A program made the position numbers and the translations under genes. Below, in pieces: positions 29,706 to 39,576 of a DNA stretch of 61,703 nt. The DNA is from Pedosphaera sp. (GTDB lineage: Bacteria > Verrucomicrobiota > Verrucomicrobiia > Limisphaerales > AAA164-E04). The notes under the pieces were generated by a model. It saw only the letters and a list, made by a program, of their open reading frames with translations, was not told the origin of the DNA and searched no databases. The stretch is taken from positions 58,199 through 119,901 of the forward strand of contig NZFL01000025.1 of NCBI GenBank assembly GCA_002690655.1, in the 5' to 3' direction. Numbering within the stretch: the stretch's first letter is position 1; every line of letters starts with the position of its first letter.

Positions 29706-30110
29706 GGGTGGTGTCTCAACTTATGGATATGAATTTGATGCGCGTCAAGTCTTCTGATCTTTCGTTCGCGAGCTTCGTTTCCTTTCACTTTCCCATGATC
29801 CGTGCATCTTACCGTCATCCGTTTGAGGGAAGTATGGACTTCCTGGTAGCCTCACCCTGGCAAATCCTAAGCCTGGAAGATTTTTCAGAAGGGGCCGACT
29901 CAATAAAATGACGGGATAGGTGTGGCTAATATCAAATGTTCCAAAATCTTTGGAGGGAGCTTGCCGAAACACGTTTTTCCTCTGTGCTTCCAGTCCTCCT
30001 TGACTGTTCGGGCGAAGAGGGGATTCCCTGGCAGACGAGTTGACCGAATTAATGGGCTACATCTGCTTGTGTGGTGCGGTTGTTTTAAAGCCCAAGTTCT
30101 GAACAGTCCC

Positions 30111-30136
30111 AAAAAAAGGCGGAAAACCCCCTTTCG
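30111..30136 (-). terminator. weak intrinsic terminator after SulP gene
   Basis: Minus strand CGAAAGGGGGTTTTCCGCCTTTTTTT: short imperfect stem plus T7 just downstream of the stop. Confidence 0.4.
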
Positions 30137-30159
30137 TAACATGTCCTGCAATCTCCTTT

Positions 30160-31710
30160 TCAAGCCATATTATTGTCTGCCACGTGGTAGTTGGGGTCTT
30201 CGAGGATGTTGATCTCCACGATATCAGCGGCCTTGTCCAGAAGCTGTATGCAGTCCTGACTCAAATGACGCAAATGCAGCTTGGTCCCGTTGGTCAGGTA
30301 ACGTTCCGTGAGCGCATTGATGGCCTCAATGGCCGAATGATCGCAGACGCGTGAATGCTTGAAATCAATGATCACATCCTCCGGATCGTTTGCAGGATCA
30401 AATTTGTCCTGGAAATTTTTGGTGGAAGCGAAAAATAAAGGTCCGTCCAGCAGATACATCTTCGTGCCATGATCATTGGTGGTCTCCTTGACTTCGATAT
30501 GCTTGGCGCTCTTCCAGGCAAACACCAGAGCGGACACCAGTACACCTGTGAGTACGGCAACGGCCAGATCCGTGAATACCGTTACCACGGACACCAGGAT
30601 CACGACAAACAAATCTTCCTTTGGGACTCTCCCGAACAAACGCAGCGAAGCCCATTCAAACGTGCCCAGCACAACCATCATCATCACGCCGGTAAGTGCG
30701 GCAAGTGGTATCATTTCAATGTAGCGCGAAGTGAACAGAATGAAGATAAGGAGAAACATCGCGGCCGAGAAACCGGACAATCTGCCGCGTCCACCCGATC
30801 GGATATTGATCATGCTTTGACCGATCATGGCACAGCCTCCCATGCCACCAAAAAAACCAGTCACGATATTGGCTGCTCCCTGACCGATGCATTCCCGATT
30901 TCCTCGCCCTCGGGTTTCTGTCAGTTCATCGATCAATGACAAAGTCATCAAGGACTCGATCAAACCGACGGCTGCCATGATCACCGAGTATTTCCAAATG
31001 ATGCCAAGCGTTTCAGTGTTCATGCCAACCGTGAACCAATGGAACGTGGGTAACCCTCCACCGATGGGAGCCAGATCACCCACGGTTCGACTATGAAACC
31101 CTGTCATTTTTTCGATGCCGATCGAAAGTCCGGTAATAAACAGAATGGCCGTCAGCGACGAAGGAATGGCTGTGGTCAATCGAGGGAGATAATGAATGAT
31201 CCCCATGGTCAGGCCCACCATGCCCAGCATCAGGTAGAGATCCATCCCGGTTTTCCAGGCGGCATCTGCAACCGTAGGATCGACGGTGAACTGGGGAATC
31301 TGGGCCAGGAAGATGACGATGGCCAGTCCATTGACAAATCCCAGCATCACAGGGTGGGGGACCAGCCTGATGAATTTACCCAGCCGAAGGAGTCCGACCG
31401 CTACCTGTATCAGCCCCATCAACACTACTGTTGGAAACAAATACTCGACGCCGTGTTCTGCGACCAGAGAGACGCATACGACGGCAAGTGCCCCGGTGGC
31501 ACCCGAGATCATTCCGGGGCGTCCGCCAAATAATGACGTGATGAGTCCGACAATGAAGGCAGCATAGAGGCCCACCAGAGGATCCACACCGGCAACGAAT
31601 GCAAAGGCTACCGCTTCCGGCACAAGGGCCAGAGCGACGGTTAATCCGGATAACAAGTCATCCTTGGCACGGAGACGGTTTCCGTACTTACGGTAAATCA
31701 ACTGAAACAT
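30160..31710 (-). CDS. SulP family inorganic anion transporter with STAS domain
   Basis: [38 protein letters not shown]-terminal GPLFFAS...DHSAIEA. Confidence 0.95.
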   Translation of the reverse strand: MFQLIYRKYGNRLRAKDDLLSGLTVALALVPEAVAFAFVAGVDPLVGLYAAFIVGLITSLFGGRPGMISGATGALAVVCVSLVAEHGVEYLFPTVVLMGLIQVAVGLLRLGKFIRLVPHPVMLGFVNGLAIVIFLAQIPQFTVDPTVADAAWKTGMDLYLMLGMVGLTMGIIHYLPRLTTAIPSSLTAILFITGLSIGIEKMTGFHSRTVGDLAPIGGGLPTFHWFTVGMNTETLGIIWKYSVIMAAVGLIESLMTLSLIDELTETRGRGNRECIGQGAANIVTGFFGGMGGCAMIGQSMINIRSGGRGRLSGFSAAMFLLIFILFTSRYIEMIPLAALTGVMMMVVLGTFEWASLRLFGRVPKEDLFVVILVSVVTVFTDLAVAVLTGVLVSALVFAWKSAKHIEVKETTNDHGTKMYLLDGPLFFASTKNFQDKFDPANDPEDVIIDFKHSRVCDHSAIEAINALTERYLTNGTKLHLRHLSQDCIQLLDKAADIVEINILEDPNYHVADNNMA

Positions 31711-31874
31711 GGGTTTAGATTGCGAATCTTCGTTGGAAGTTGAGCAAGGTGTTTCCTTCGGGATTGGAAGGAGGGCAGAGAGTAGATAAACCTTGGTAAG
31801 GCGTCAACCTTTCTCCCTGTAATATTTGAAAACTCACGCTTGGCAAAGTGACCAATGTTTCAGACAATCGAATC

Positions 31875-33005
31875 ATGAAAGACAATCCATCTCCCCTTGA
31901 AAAATCAACCGACCGACGTGGTTTCATCCAAAAAGCAGGAACACTTGCCGCTGGTGCGGTCGTCGCGGGTGAAACCGGTCTCTGGGCTCCGAGGGTCCAG
32001 TCTCAGGAAAAGAAGAAACTGGGTTATGCCCTGGTTGGACTGGGGGGGCTTAGCACGAATCAAATTGCTCCGGGGCTTGAGAAAACAGAGCATTCCCGGC
32101 TGGCTGGTATTGTCAGCGGTACCCCTTCCAAGATTGAAAAATGGAAAGCCAAATACAATCTCCCCGCCAGGAACTGCTACAATTACGATAATTATGATCA
32201 AATCGCCACCAATCCGGATATCGATGTCATCTACGTTGTATTACCCAACGGGATGCATCCCGAGTACACCATTCGTGGCGCCAAGGCGGGTAAACATGTG
32301 CTTTGTGAGAAACCCATGGCCAATTCCGCCTCGGATTGTCAGGCGATGATCAATGCCTGCAAGGATGCAGGAAAAAAACTGGCGATCGGGTATCGATGTC
32401 AATTTGAACCCAACAACATCGAATGCATGCGTCTCGCGCGGGAAAAGGTGTTTGGGGATTTGAAAATGATCGATGCTGGTTTTGGATTTCGGATTGGTAA
32501 CCCTGATCAATGGCGTTTGAAAGCGGATCTTGCCGGTGGCGGCGCATTGATGGATGTGGGGATCTATGCGCTGCAGGCTTGTCGGTTTTTAGCCGGTGAG
32601 GAACCCGTCGAAATTTCCGCACAGGAAACCAAGACCGACCCGATGAAATTTGCCGAGGTTGATGAATCCATCGTATGGACCATGAAGTTTCCAAGCGGTG
32701 TGCTGGCCTATTGCAGCACGACTTACAATTTCAGTGGTATCAATCGCTTTTCCGCCCATTGCGACAAGGGCTGGTTCAGTCTGGATCCGGCCTACAGTTA
32801 TGGAGGCATCAAGGGACGAACCAGCAAGGGAGACGTGATTGAAAAACCGGTTATCGATCAGTTTGCCAATGAAATGGACAATTTCTCAAAGTGCATTCTC
32901 GAGGGCCGAGAATCACAGGTTTCCGGTGAGGAAGGCATGCGTGATTTGAAGGTGATCGAAGCCATTTACCGATCCATTCGCACCGGTCGCACGGTCAAAG
33001 TGTGA
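31875..33005 (+). CDS. Tat-exported glucose-fructose oxidoreductase (Gfo/Idh/MocA family)
   Basis: DRRGFI Tat motif, GYALVGLGGL, HVLCEKPMA, GGGALMDVGIY. Confidence 0.92.
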   Translation: MKDNPSPLEKSTDRRGFIQKAGTLAAGAVVAGETGLWAPRVQSQEKKKLGYALVGLGGLSTNQIAPGLEKTEHSRLAGIVSGTPSKIEKWKAKYNLPARNCYNYDNYDQIATNPDIDVIYVVLPNGMHPEYTIRGAKAGKHVLCEKPMANSASDCQAMINACKDAGKKLAIGYRCQFEPNNIECMRLAREKVFGDLKMIDAGFGFRIGNPDQWRLKADLAGGGALMDVGIYALQACRFLAGEEPVEISAQETKTDPMKFAEVDESIVWTMKFPSGVLAYCSTTYNFSGINRFSAHCDKGWFSLDPAYSYGGIKGRTSKGDVIEKPVIDQFANEMDNFSKCILEGRESQVSGEEGMRDLKVIEAIYRSIRTGRTVKV

Positions 33006-33034
33006 TTGGCTTTTCAGGGAAAGGCTTTTCGAAC

Positions 33035-33526
33035 CTACTCTTCCAGGGGGATGTATTCCGCTGGGAGAGGGGTTGAAGACTGGTAATAACCCGGAGGCAG
33101 GTTTTCCAGTGGGTCTCGGTTCTTGTAGGATTCCCACCACTGCATTCCCCAGACAAAAATGGCAATCAGCATCAATACTGCAACCAGAGGGACGACAATT
33201 TTCCATGGAACCCTTGAAAGGGCATAGGCGCACCATTCAATCAAACCGCGCTGAGGGCCTGTCAGTGACTCGGCTTGTTGGAATTTTTTATCTTTGTTGA
33301 GTTCGCCATTGAGCTTTTCAAGAAGTGGTGCAGGATCAATGTTGACCAGTTTGGCGTAAGATTTAACAAAACCGCGAACGTACACAGGTGCAGAGAAGAC
33401 ATGATACCGCCCCTCCTCAAGCGCAAGAACCTGATCGCTCCGCAACTTGGTGAGACGAGCTATATCCTCCAGTCCCCATTTTTTGGCTTCCCTGGCGGAA
33501 GCAAGTTGTTCACCCACCATCGGCAT
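33035..33526 (-). CDS. RodZ-like HTH protein with single TM helix
   Basis: GEQLASARE...ALEEG...VYVRGFVKSYAK (HTH_25/RodZ pattern), then TM IVVPLVAVLMLIAIFVWG. Confidence 0.85.
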   Translation of the reverse strand: MPMVGEQLASAREAKKWGLEDIARLTKLRSDQVLALEEGRYHVFSAPVYVRGFVKSYAKLVNIDPAPLLEKLNGELNKDKKFQQAESLTGPQRGLIEWCAYALSRVPWKIVVPLVAVLMLIAIFVWGMQWWESYKNRDPLENLPPGYYQSSTPLPAEYIPLEE

Positions 33527-33551
33527 AAGTTATCTTTATAAGGCAACCCGC

Positions 33552-33900
33552 ATGTCCAACGCAACAACCGATGAAGGATCCTCTCAAATCAGGCCACTTC
33601 GACCATGGTGCTGCCTGTGTGCACTTGTCCTGATCATTGGCACAGGACTGGATGCTGCTCTATGGTGGGGATGTCTTGTGGGCAGCGGCTCTCTGCGGGC
33701 TTATGCTGCTGGGATTGAGATCCGGTTCAGGATGGTTTGTACTTGGCCTGACCATTGCTGGAGCCACGGTCATTGAGTTTTCTCAATTATACCAAGCTGA
33801 TTGGGCACAATAACTTAGAACAACGGTTCCCTTCAATTTCGTGTTGGGGCAAGGCTTTCTTGTGTCCGATCTGATTGCTTATGTGATGCGGGCATCTCGG
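33552..33900 (+). pseudogene. DUF2809-like membrane protein pseudogene
   Basis: MSNATT...LVLIIGTGL, a frameshift near 33645, then YGGDVLWAAAL...IEFSQLYQADWAQ*LRTT...VLGQGFLVSDLIAY with in-frame TAA at 33811-33813. Confidence 0.75.
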
Positions 33901-33984
33901 GATGCGTGTGCTGGACATTTTCTGGTTCAGGGCAGGATAGCGCCTTCATTTACCTTTTTGATTCGGATTGAAGTGCGCCCCGAT

Positions 33985-35289
33985 TTATTGATCCAAGCTG
34001 AGATCCATCAATTCCTTGGGTCTGGTGCCGGAAGCCGGACGTTGGAAAAGCGTGCCGTATGCCGTAAACCCATCGAGAAACCCACCATGTGACAGAAAAA
34101 ACTGTCCTTGCTCGAGTCCCATGTAACGGTCCAGGCGATCTTCTCTACCGGTAGGGTCGTGACTGAATTTGGCGGTGGTTTGTTCGTGCCAGGTATCTTT
34201 GCTGTCGAGGATCCATTGGTTACCGTAGAGAGCCTTGCGTAGTAAATGACCGTTGCGTCCCACAAAGTTTTCACTGAAGCTGTATAGCCCGCGCATGTAA
34301 CCACCTTCACCCGGAGTACTCCAGCTTGAGATCAGCATCCATTGCTGGCTGTCCGGGTGAAAATAATAACCACTGAAAACCGTGTGCGTTTCATCCTTGG
34401 GCTTGGCTGTCACCAGAAACTTTTGCAGGCTGTCTGTTTTCCATGGATACTTCAAATGACTGTGCCCACCCGTGCCTTCATTTCCAAAACGTCCGGTAAA
34501 GACGCCATCCCCTTTTTTGATCAGCTTCACTCTGTCTTCGTTTTCAACCTTGCTGGGATCAGTCGGTTCATTGCCTCGATCCCATACGCTGAAGATAATG
34601 CGACGTTCCGATGGACTGTTGACCTGCATTCCAAAGTAACCCCGGTGCCAGCCGCAAGCCATGTAATAGGAGTGCACAGGATCTTCAAGCGCGGTCATTT
34701 CACAATAGAAAGCTGCTACCCCCATATCGTTCCGAACAGGGTAGGCCAGGTGGATAGAGGCTGCATTGCGTCTTGGTTTTAAATTGAAATGCATGTTGGA
34801 TGCATTTTCTCCTGACAATTCCAGTTTCAAAATATCCATGGAGGGTGGATTGTTTTTTTGCAGATCGACACGACTTAATCTGAAGGCATGGTAGCCCGTC
34901 GAAGGTATGGGGAATGAGTCAAAGGCAACCATGGTTTCCTCACTTTGCTTAATCTTAATTGCCCTCTGCGTTGTTTTTCGACCTATCTGAAACAGGAGAG
35001 TTGCTTCTCCATCATCGTTACCCTTGATTCGCAATCTTACATCGACTGTTCCCGCCTCCCTGGCTTTGCCATACCATTGAATCGACGTCGAGCTACTGGC
35101 CCATCCCACGATGCCTCCTTCCCGCGAAACCCGGGCGTCACCATGGTTTGGTTCCAGATAAGCAGTTTCGGCAGGGATTTCAAGAGATGCGCCTTTGACT
35201 GGATAGGACACAACAAAAAGCATTGTTGCGAGTAGGAGTAAAGGCAGCTTGACCCAGTATGGGTGATTAAGAGATAAGCACCTGTGCAT
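33985..35289 (-). CDS. DUF5077/DUF3472 domain protein (secreted)
   Basis: RRNAASIHL, GYFGMQVNS..ERRIIFSVWD, FGNEGTGGHS, YSFSENF; hydrophobic signal segment after ATG 35289 (ORF opens at 35391). Confidence 0.82.
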   Translation of the reverse strand: MHRCLSLNHPYWVKLPLLLLATMLFVVSYPVKGASLEIPAETAYLEPNHGDARVSREGGIVGWASSSTSIQWYGKAREAGTVDVRLRIKGNDDGEATLLFQIGRKTTQRAIKIKQSEETMVAFDSFPIPSTGYHAFRLSRVDLQKNNPPSMDILKLELSGENASNMHFNLKPRRNAASIHLAYPVRNDMGVAAFYCEMTALEDPVHSYYMACGWHRGYFGMQVNSPSERRIIFSVWDRGNEPTDPSKVENEDRVKLIKKGDGVFTGRFGNEGTGGHSHLKYPWKTDSLQKFLVTAKPKDETHTVFSGYYFHPDSQQWMLISSWSTPGEGGYMRGLYSFSENFVGRNGHLLRKALYGNQWILDSKDTWHEQTTAKFSHDPTGREDRLDRYMGLEQGQFFLSHGGFLDGFTAYGTLFQRPASGTRPKELMDLSLDQ

Positions 35290-35699
35290 GAGTGCAATAT
35301 CTGATATGTCTGGATATTGACAAGTGTGAAATAGGCATGCGGGCGGTTTTGGAGTTTTTACTTTCTCTTGGGGCTTTATTTTCATCCCCACATTAAAGTT
35401 GCAGTGCAGAGATGTTTGGAGAGCCTGCAGGCAAATAGTCCTTTAGCCCTTGATACGGATTTCGATCCGTCACGTTTGATTTCACATACGAATACTGGCG
35501 GCGCGAACGTGTGTGTCGTGTACATCGTAAGGATTCAAATAGAGGATGCGAAGGTAGATTTCTGTTGAGTGAAAAACCGGGATTTCATCCATTTAGATCC
35601 CCATTATCACAGTCTCAATATTTGTATGAAAATGAATATTATGTTTTTGCTTGGGTTTTTATTGTGAAAAATACTGTGAATTTATACCTAATTGGTCAC

Positions 35700-36080
35700 T
35701 GGTAGGCTGTAATTCCCATGCAGCAGATGCGATCTTCATCCACATTAAAAATTTGATCTTGCTGCTTCAATCACTTGTCTTAGGTAGGCGGAATCATCGA
35801 GTACATAATGGCGTGACCCGCAACAAGCATCGATAGCATTTCATCTTCTGAAAGCTCCAGAATCCATTTCTCCATCAGGCACTCTAAATATGAAACCAAG
35901 TTCATCGGCATATTTCTTCAATGAAAAACAACCGTTTTGATGCGGCCAAGCCCCTGTAAATCCGTAGAGATTGATAACCAAGGGGTAATTTTTATTTCTC
36001 ACCGGTTGCTGCGTGACCAATCTCAAGCTTACCGACTATCCCGTTCATACCTGTTGGAAGGAATACAAACCTTTATTATT
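35700..36080 (-). pseudogene. PHB-depolymerase-family esterase pseudogene fragment
   Basis: YPLVINLYGF...ADELGFIFRVPDGEMDSGAFRR*NAIDACC...DDSAYLRQVIEAARSNF, then +1 shift to NVDEDRICCMG; matches 'PLV..LHG...GF....PDG....RFWNATDACC...DD..YL...VD..RI' pattern. Confidence 0.75.
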
Positions 36081-36137
36081 AACGTAATGGAAACAAAATG
36101 GAGATATATTTGTAACAAAGGGTAGCAAAATACTAAC

Positions 36138-36866
36138 ATGTTCAACAGGTTTTCGATTTTTCTCATCTTGATTTCCTCTTTTGCTCTACCTTCGGTAAGT
36201 GAGGAAAATGCTACCAGAAATTTGAGGGACTACTATCACTCTCTTGAAAAAGGTGCTACAAATGTAATCCAGACAAATAATGATAGAACAGCTGCGATCA
36301 GGGAACTTGCGACACAAATCGTCAGGATCTTGGAGCAAAATCAGCAGGCATCCTTGACCTTTATTTGTACCCATAATTCAAGGAGAAGCCAAATCGCTCA
36401 AGTCATGGCCACAGCAGCTGCCCAAAAAATGAAGGTCCCTAACATGAAATTTTATTCAGGAGGGACCGAAGAAACGGCCTGCAATTCCAGGACAGTGGAA
36501 GCCTTGAGACGGGTTGGTTTCCCAGTAGTGAAATTAGATCAGTCCTCTAATCCTCGTTATATTCTCCAGACACAATCCAAAAATTCATCTGTAAAGTTGT
36601 TTTCAAAAAAATACAATCATCCAGCAAATCCTAACAAAGATTTTGTTGCAGTAATGGTATGCTCGGATGCAGACGAAAATTGTCCTTTGGTTCGTGGGGC
36701 AATTTCGCGGGTGTCGCTTCCCTATAAAGATCCCAAACATTCCGATAACACAGATGATGAAGAAACCGTATACGACAAAAAATGCTATGAAATAGGTGTT
36801 GAGCAGTTTGCTCTCCTAAAGTTAGTAAGCCAATCTATGGCAAAATTGGAGCAAGAAATAAAATAA
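36138..36866 (+). CDS. low-molecular-weight PTP / thioredoxin-type arsenate reductase family protein
   Basis: P-loop FICTHNSRRSQ (Cx5R), SGGTE, VMVCSDADENCP, YKDPK; hydrophobic N-terminus. Confidence 0.88.
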   Translation: MFNRFSIFLILISSFALPSVSEENATRNLRDYYHSLEKGATNVIQTNNDRTAAIRELATQIVRILEQNQQASLTFICTHNSRRSQIAQVMATAAAQKMKVPNMKFYSGGTEETACNSRTVEALRRVGFPVVKLDQSSNPRYILQTQSKNSSVKLFSKKYNHPANPNKDFVAVMVCSDADENCPLVRGAISRVSLPYKDPKHSDNTDDEETVYDKKCYEIGVEQFALLKLVSQSMAKLEQEIK

Positions 36867-36929
36867 AGACAAGAACTGGGAATCGATGACTGATCTTTTC
36901 GGTTAATCATACCTACCGCATTACCTATC

Positions 36930-37241
36930 TCAGAAAGGGTTTTCACTCATTAGTTCATCTCGCCCTTCTTGCCACAGATCCATTGTGCGAATGAGTCTCT
37001 CCTGAGCCTCATGCTGTTTCTGCTGGTCAAGATTTTAAGTTTTCGCTCATGCTCACGCTGAGCGTGATGCACTGATCTGATGACCATGAAAAACATCATG
37101 GATTGTTTTTCTCCTTTCCTCCGCCTAACGCAACATGCGGATCCTCTGTTGCGTGAGTATCGTATTCATTTCTTCCTCTCGATTCTTTTTATTGCTTCGG
37201 ACTAACTTCTCAATTTGATCAATTCTCGTCACTTTGACCAT
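36930..37241 (-). pseudogene. degraded charged/coiled-coil protein gene
   Basis: AAGGAAAG then ATG; MVKVTRIDQIEKL...RMLR*AEERRK..., two frame changes ...AQREHERKLKIL / DQQKQHEAQERLIRTMDLWQEGRDELMSENPF*. Confidence 0.4.
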
Positions 37242-37277
37242 CACTTTCCTTGTGGTAAATACAACGTTTTAAAAGGC

Positions 37278-37291
37278 TGGCGGAGAGGGGG
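37278..37291 (-). other. tRNA-Ser-like 3' end fragment (possible att site)
   Basis: Minus strand CCCCCTCTCCGCCA = 3' T-stem/acceptor strand + G discriminator + CCA; no rest of a tRNA upstream. Confidence 0.45.
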
Positions 37292-37522
37292 TGCATCAAA
37301 CAAGCCAGAGATGACTTGACCAACTCTCAGGGGTTTTGAAGACCGTTGTTTTTAACTTTAAGATCAATGTATTTGATGCGATTCATGCCATTGTTAATAT
37401 ATGCTTTTTGTGCTTTTTAAAGATACCGAAAGCACCTAGTGATTTAAGCTTAAGTATGCTTTGAGTACAGAAATAATTTAACTAGCAAGCCCGGTGCAAA
37501 AGAGTGGGCTAATTTTAAAAAC

Positions 37523-37551
37523 AAAAAAGCCCGCTGATAAAGGATCAGCGG
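37523..37551 (-). terminator. intrinsic terminator for the 122-aa gene
   Basis: CCGCTGAT-AAAGG-ATCAGCGG stem with A6 on plus strand (T-tract on minus). Confidence 0.65.
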
Positions 37552-37594
37552 ACATGATAAAAGTTCGACTTAATTATGTGTTTATAGACTTGTA

Positions 37595-37963
37595 TCACTG
37601 GAGAGACCAAAAACTGAGTTCTGCTTTTTTGGTAATTAAGTCTACTTCAGTGGTCACAAATTTCATGTCTCCATAAGTCACAAAATCAGTGTAGAAGCCC
37701 TTCATCTTACTTCCTTTTCGACTGAATGTGCCCATCAGAGGTGAGCTAACTACGTCACCATGATCTAAAACTGCTTCCCCAATTCCACTGATTGTTCCAC
37801 CGTGCATTTCCTCTGACACATGCTCATATTCGTGAGTAAGTTTTACAAAGCCATAGCGCTCAACAATTCCTTGCATATTGACTAGCGTAAATTCTCCTTC
37901 ATGTTGAACCTTGGTGATTTCAAGCAAACCGAAACCGTCTGGTGAAGTTAGTTGTATAGCCAT
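37595..37963 (-). CDS. hypothetical beta-rich protein (122 aa)
   Basis: Clean ORF with own terminator; alternating beta-strand pattern; no family recognised. Confidence 0.7.
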   Translation of the reverse strand: MAIQLTSPDGFGLLEITKVQHEGEFTLVNMQGIVERYGFVKLTHEYEHVSEEMHGGTISGIGEAVLDHGDVVSSPLMGTFSRKGSKMKGFYTDFVTYGDMKFVTTEVDLITKKAELSFWSLQ

Positions 37964-38432
37964 TATAGATCCATTTTTGGTATTCTAGGTAAATTCATAA
38001 GTTTTGGAACGCTCCATCATATATCATTGAGAGAATTTTTTTGTTCGCTCAAGTTCATCGATTAAAAGCGAACGGAAATACAAACAAATTCGAGTGCAAC
38101 GAACCGGATGTATGGGATCCAGGAAGACCCCCTTGCCCGAAAAAGAACAAAAAACGGACAAGAGGTCACCCCTGATTTTAAACACCACAAGTTGCATACA
38201 TCACTTCCTAACCTCTATTGAATGGGAGACGATTTGATGACCGAAATGTGACATTAAGACAACTTTGTTTGATTTAAAATAACCTGATATACATCCTTGA
38301 GAGCAAGTAACACCTAGGTGATTAAAGGTGGCGGAAAAACACCATTAAAGCCGGCATGTGGATAGATATAAAACCAATGCAAAAAGTCAATCGAATCAAC
38401 AGAACGACTAAATCAACTTCCGGAAGATTATA

Positions 38433-38471
38433 AACCCCCTTGCTGGAGATAAAAATACCAGCAAGGGGGTT
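38433..38471. terminator. orphan 14-bp perfect stem-loop
   Basis: AACCCCCTTGCTGG-(11 nt)-CCAGCAAGGGGGTT; no intact gene ends adjacent. Confidence 0.5.
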
Positions 38472-38887
38472 ACTCTCTAATTCAGTAGCAACACAGCGCT
38501 GCAAACTCACTTTATCAGTAATTGAAAAAAGGAGTTTTCATCACCTTTGCTCTTTGTTTGAGTTCCAACTCCAGCCCTTCTGCAGCTTTTGTGTGAGCAT
38601 ATGCTCCTCACTCCTGTTGTAGAAAGTCATTAGGAAGCTGTAGCAACATGGAAACAAAAAATTCTGGGAAGCCTTTCAACGCTTCTCGGAAAAGATTTTG
38701 TTTTCAATCAAATAAAAAAACCCAGAAGAGTAAGAAAAATCCATGTCACCCATTACATACAGCTCAATTCAACGAAGCTCAGGAACAACAGTCAATGGAG
38801 ACTCGCCTCCAAAAGTCACCTAAAATGGACCTTTTGATATTGCCGACGCTGACATGTCCTGGGGTAACTATTGTCGGGTAAACAGCG

Positions 38888-39556
38888 TTACTTGAAACGT
38901 TCCCCGGTGAGTCCCTGCTGGCGTGCGTAGTCCACCAACTCAGAGGCTTTCTGGAATGCAAGTCGGTGCATGATGCGGTAGCGATAGGTTTCAACGGAAC
39001 GAGGACTGAGTTCGAGTTTTTCTGCTATTTGTTTGCTGGTCAGTCCGTCCCCAACCAATGCCACGATGCGTTGTTCTTTTGGACTCAGGAATTTAATAAA
39101 AGATCTTTCGTCTCGTTCCAGTTCGGAAAGATTACGATGGAGCAAGGCCGTAAAATAGGTGTGGCCTGTGGCCACTTCAACCATGGCTTCTTCAAAAATT
39201 TCCAACGGTTGATCTTTTTCGACATAACCATGCACGCCTATTTCCTGTAATTGATGTAAGGTGTAAGGGTCTTTCAAATTGGTCAGGACCAGGATGCGTG
39301 TTTGAGGCCATGCTTCGAGAACCTGCTTTGACAATTCAATACCATCCATACCCGGTAGGTGCAGATCGGTCACCAGCAAATGGGGTTGATGTTTCTCGCA
39401 TAAAGCGCGGCCTTCCAGACCATCCTCTGCATCCCCTTTCCAATCAAAACGTTCATCCAGTTGAATGGTTTTGGAAAGGACATTCCTGAGCAATGCCTGA
39501 TCTTCCACCAGCACGGTGCTCCATGGTGGTTCAGGCGTTTTATTGATTTCGCTCAT
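38888..39556 (-). CDS. NarL/FixJ-family response regulator (REC + LuxR HTH)
   Basis: VLVEDQ, LVTDLHLPG (phospho-Asp), YVEK; LSPKEQRIV...SKQIAEKLELSPRSVETYR. Confidence 0.95.
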   Translation of the reverse strand: MSEINKTPEPPWSTVLVEDQALLRNVLSKTIQLDERFDWKGDAEDGLEGRALCEKHQPHLLVTDLHLPGMDGIELSKQVLEAWPQTRILVLTNLKDPYTLHQLQEIGVHGYVEKDQPLEIFEEAMVEVATGHTYFTALLHRNLSELERDERSFIKFLSPKEQRIVALVGDGLTSKQIAEKLELSPRSVETYRYRIMHRLAFQKASELVDYARQQGLTGERFK

Positions 39557-39576
39557 GGTGGTTTTGTCTGGGCATG

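Noticed and set aside
28929-30159. Long intergenic stretches around the 130-aa membrane gene as ncRNA or riboswitch
   Set aside because: No recognisable riboswitch, SRP, RNase P, tmRNA or 6S signature by eye; a covariance-model scan would be needed.
35841-35843. In-frame TGA at a conserved Trp as possible recoding (genetic code 4/25 or selenocysteine)
   Set aside because: The same gene has a frameshift and truncation, and many intact genes here end in TGA, so it is a nonsense mutation.
38100-38135. GAACCGGATG resembling the start of group II intron domain V
   Set aside because: The complementary arm and domain VI are absent, and there is no RT gene.
38480-38881. Minus-strand fragment ending ...RAKVMKTPFFNY (GcvT-like tail) and plus ORF 38648-38881
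   Set aside because: Similarity too short and upstream sequence does not fit; may be a remnant ahead of the 38433 hairpin but unsupported.
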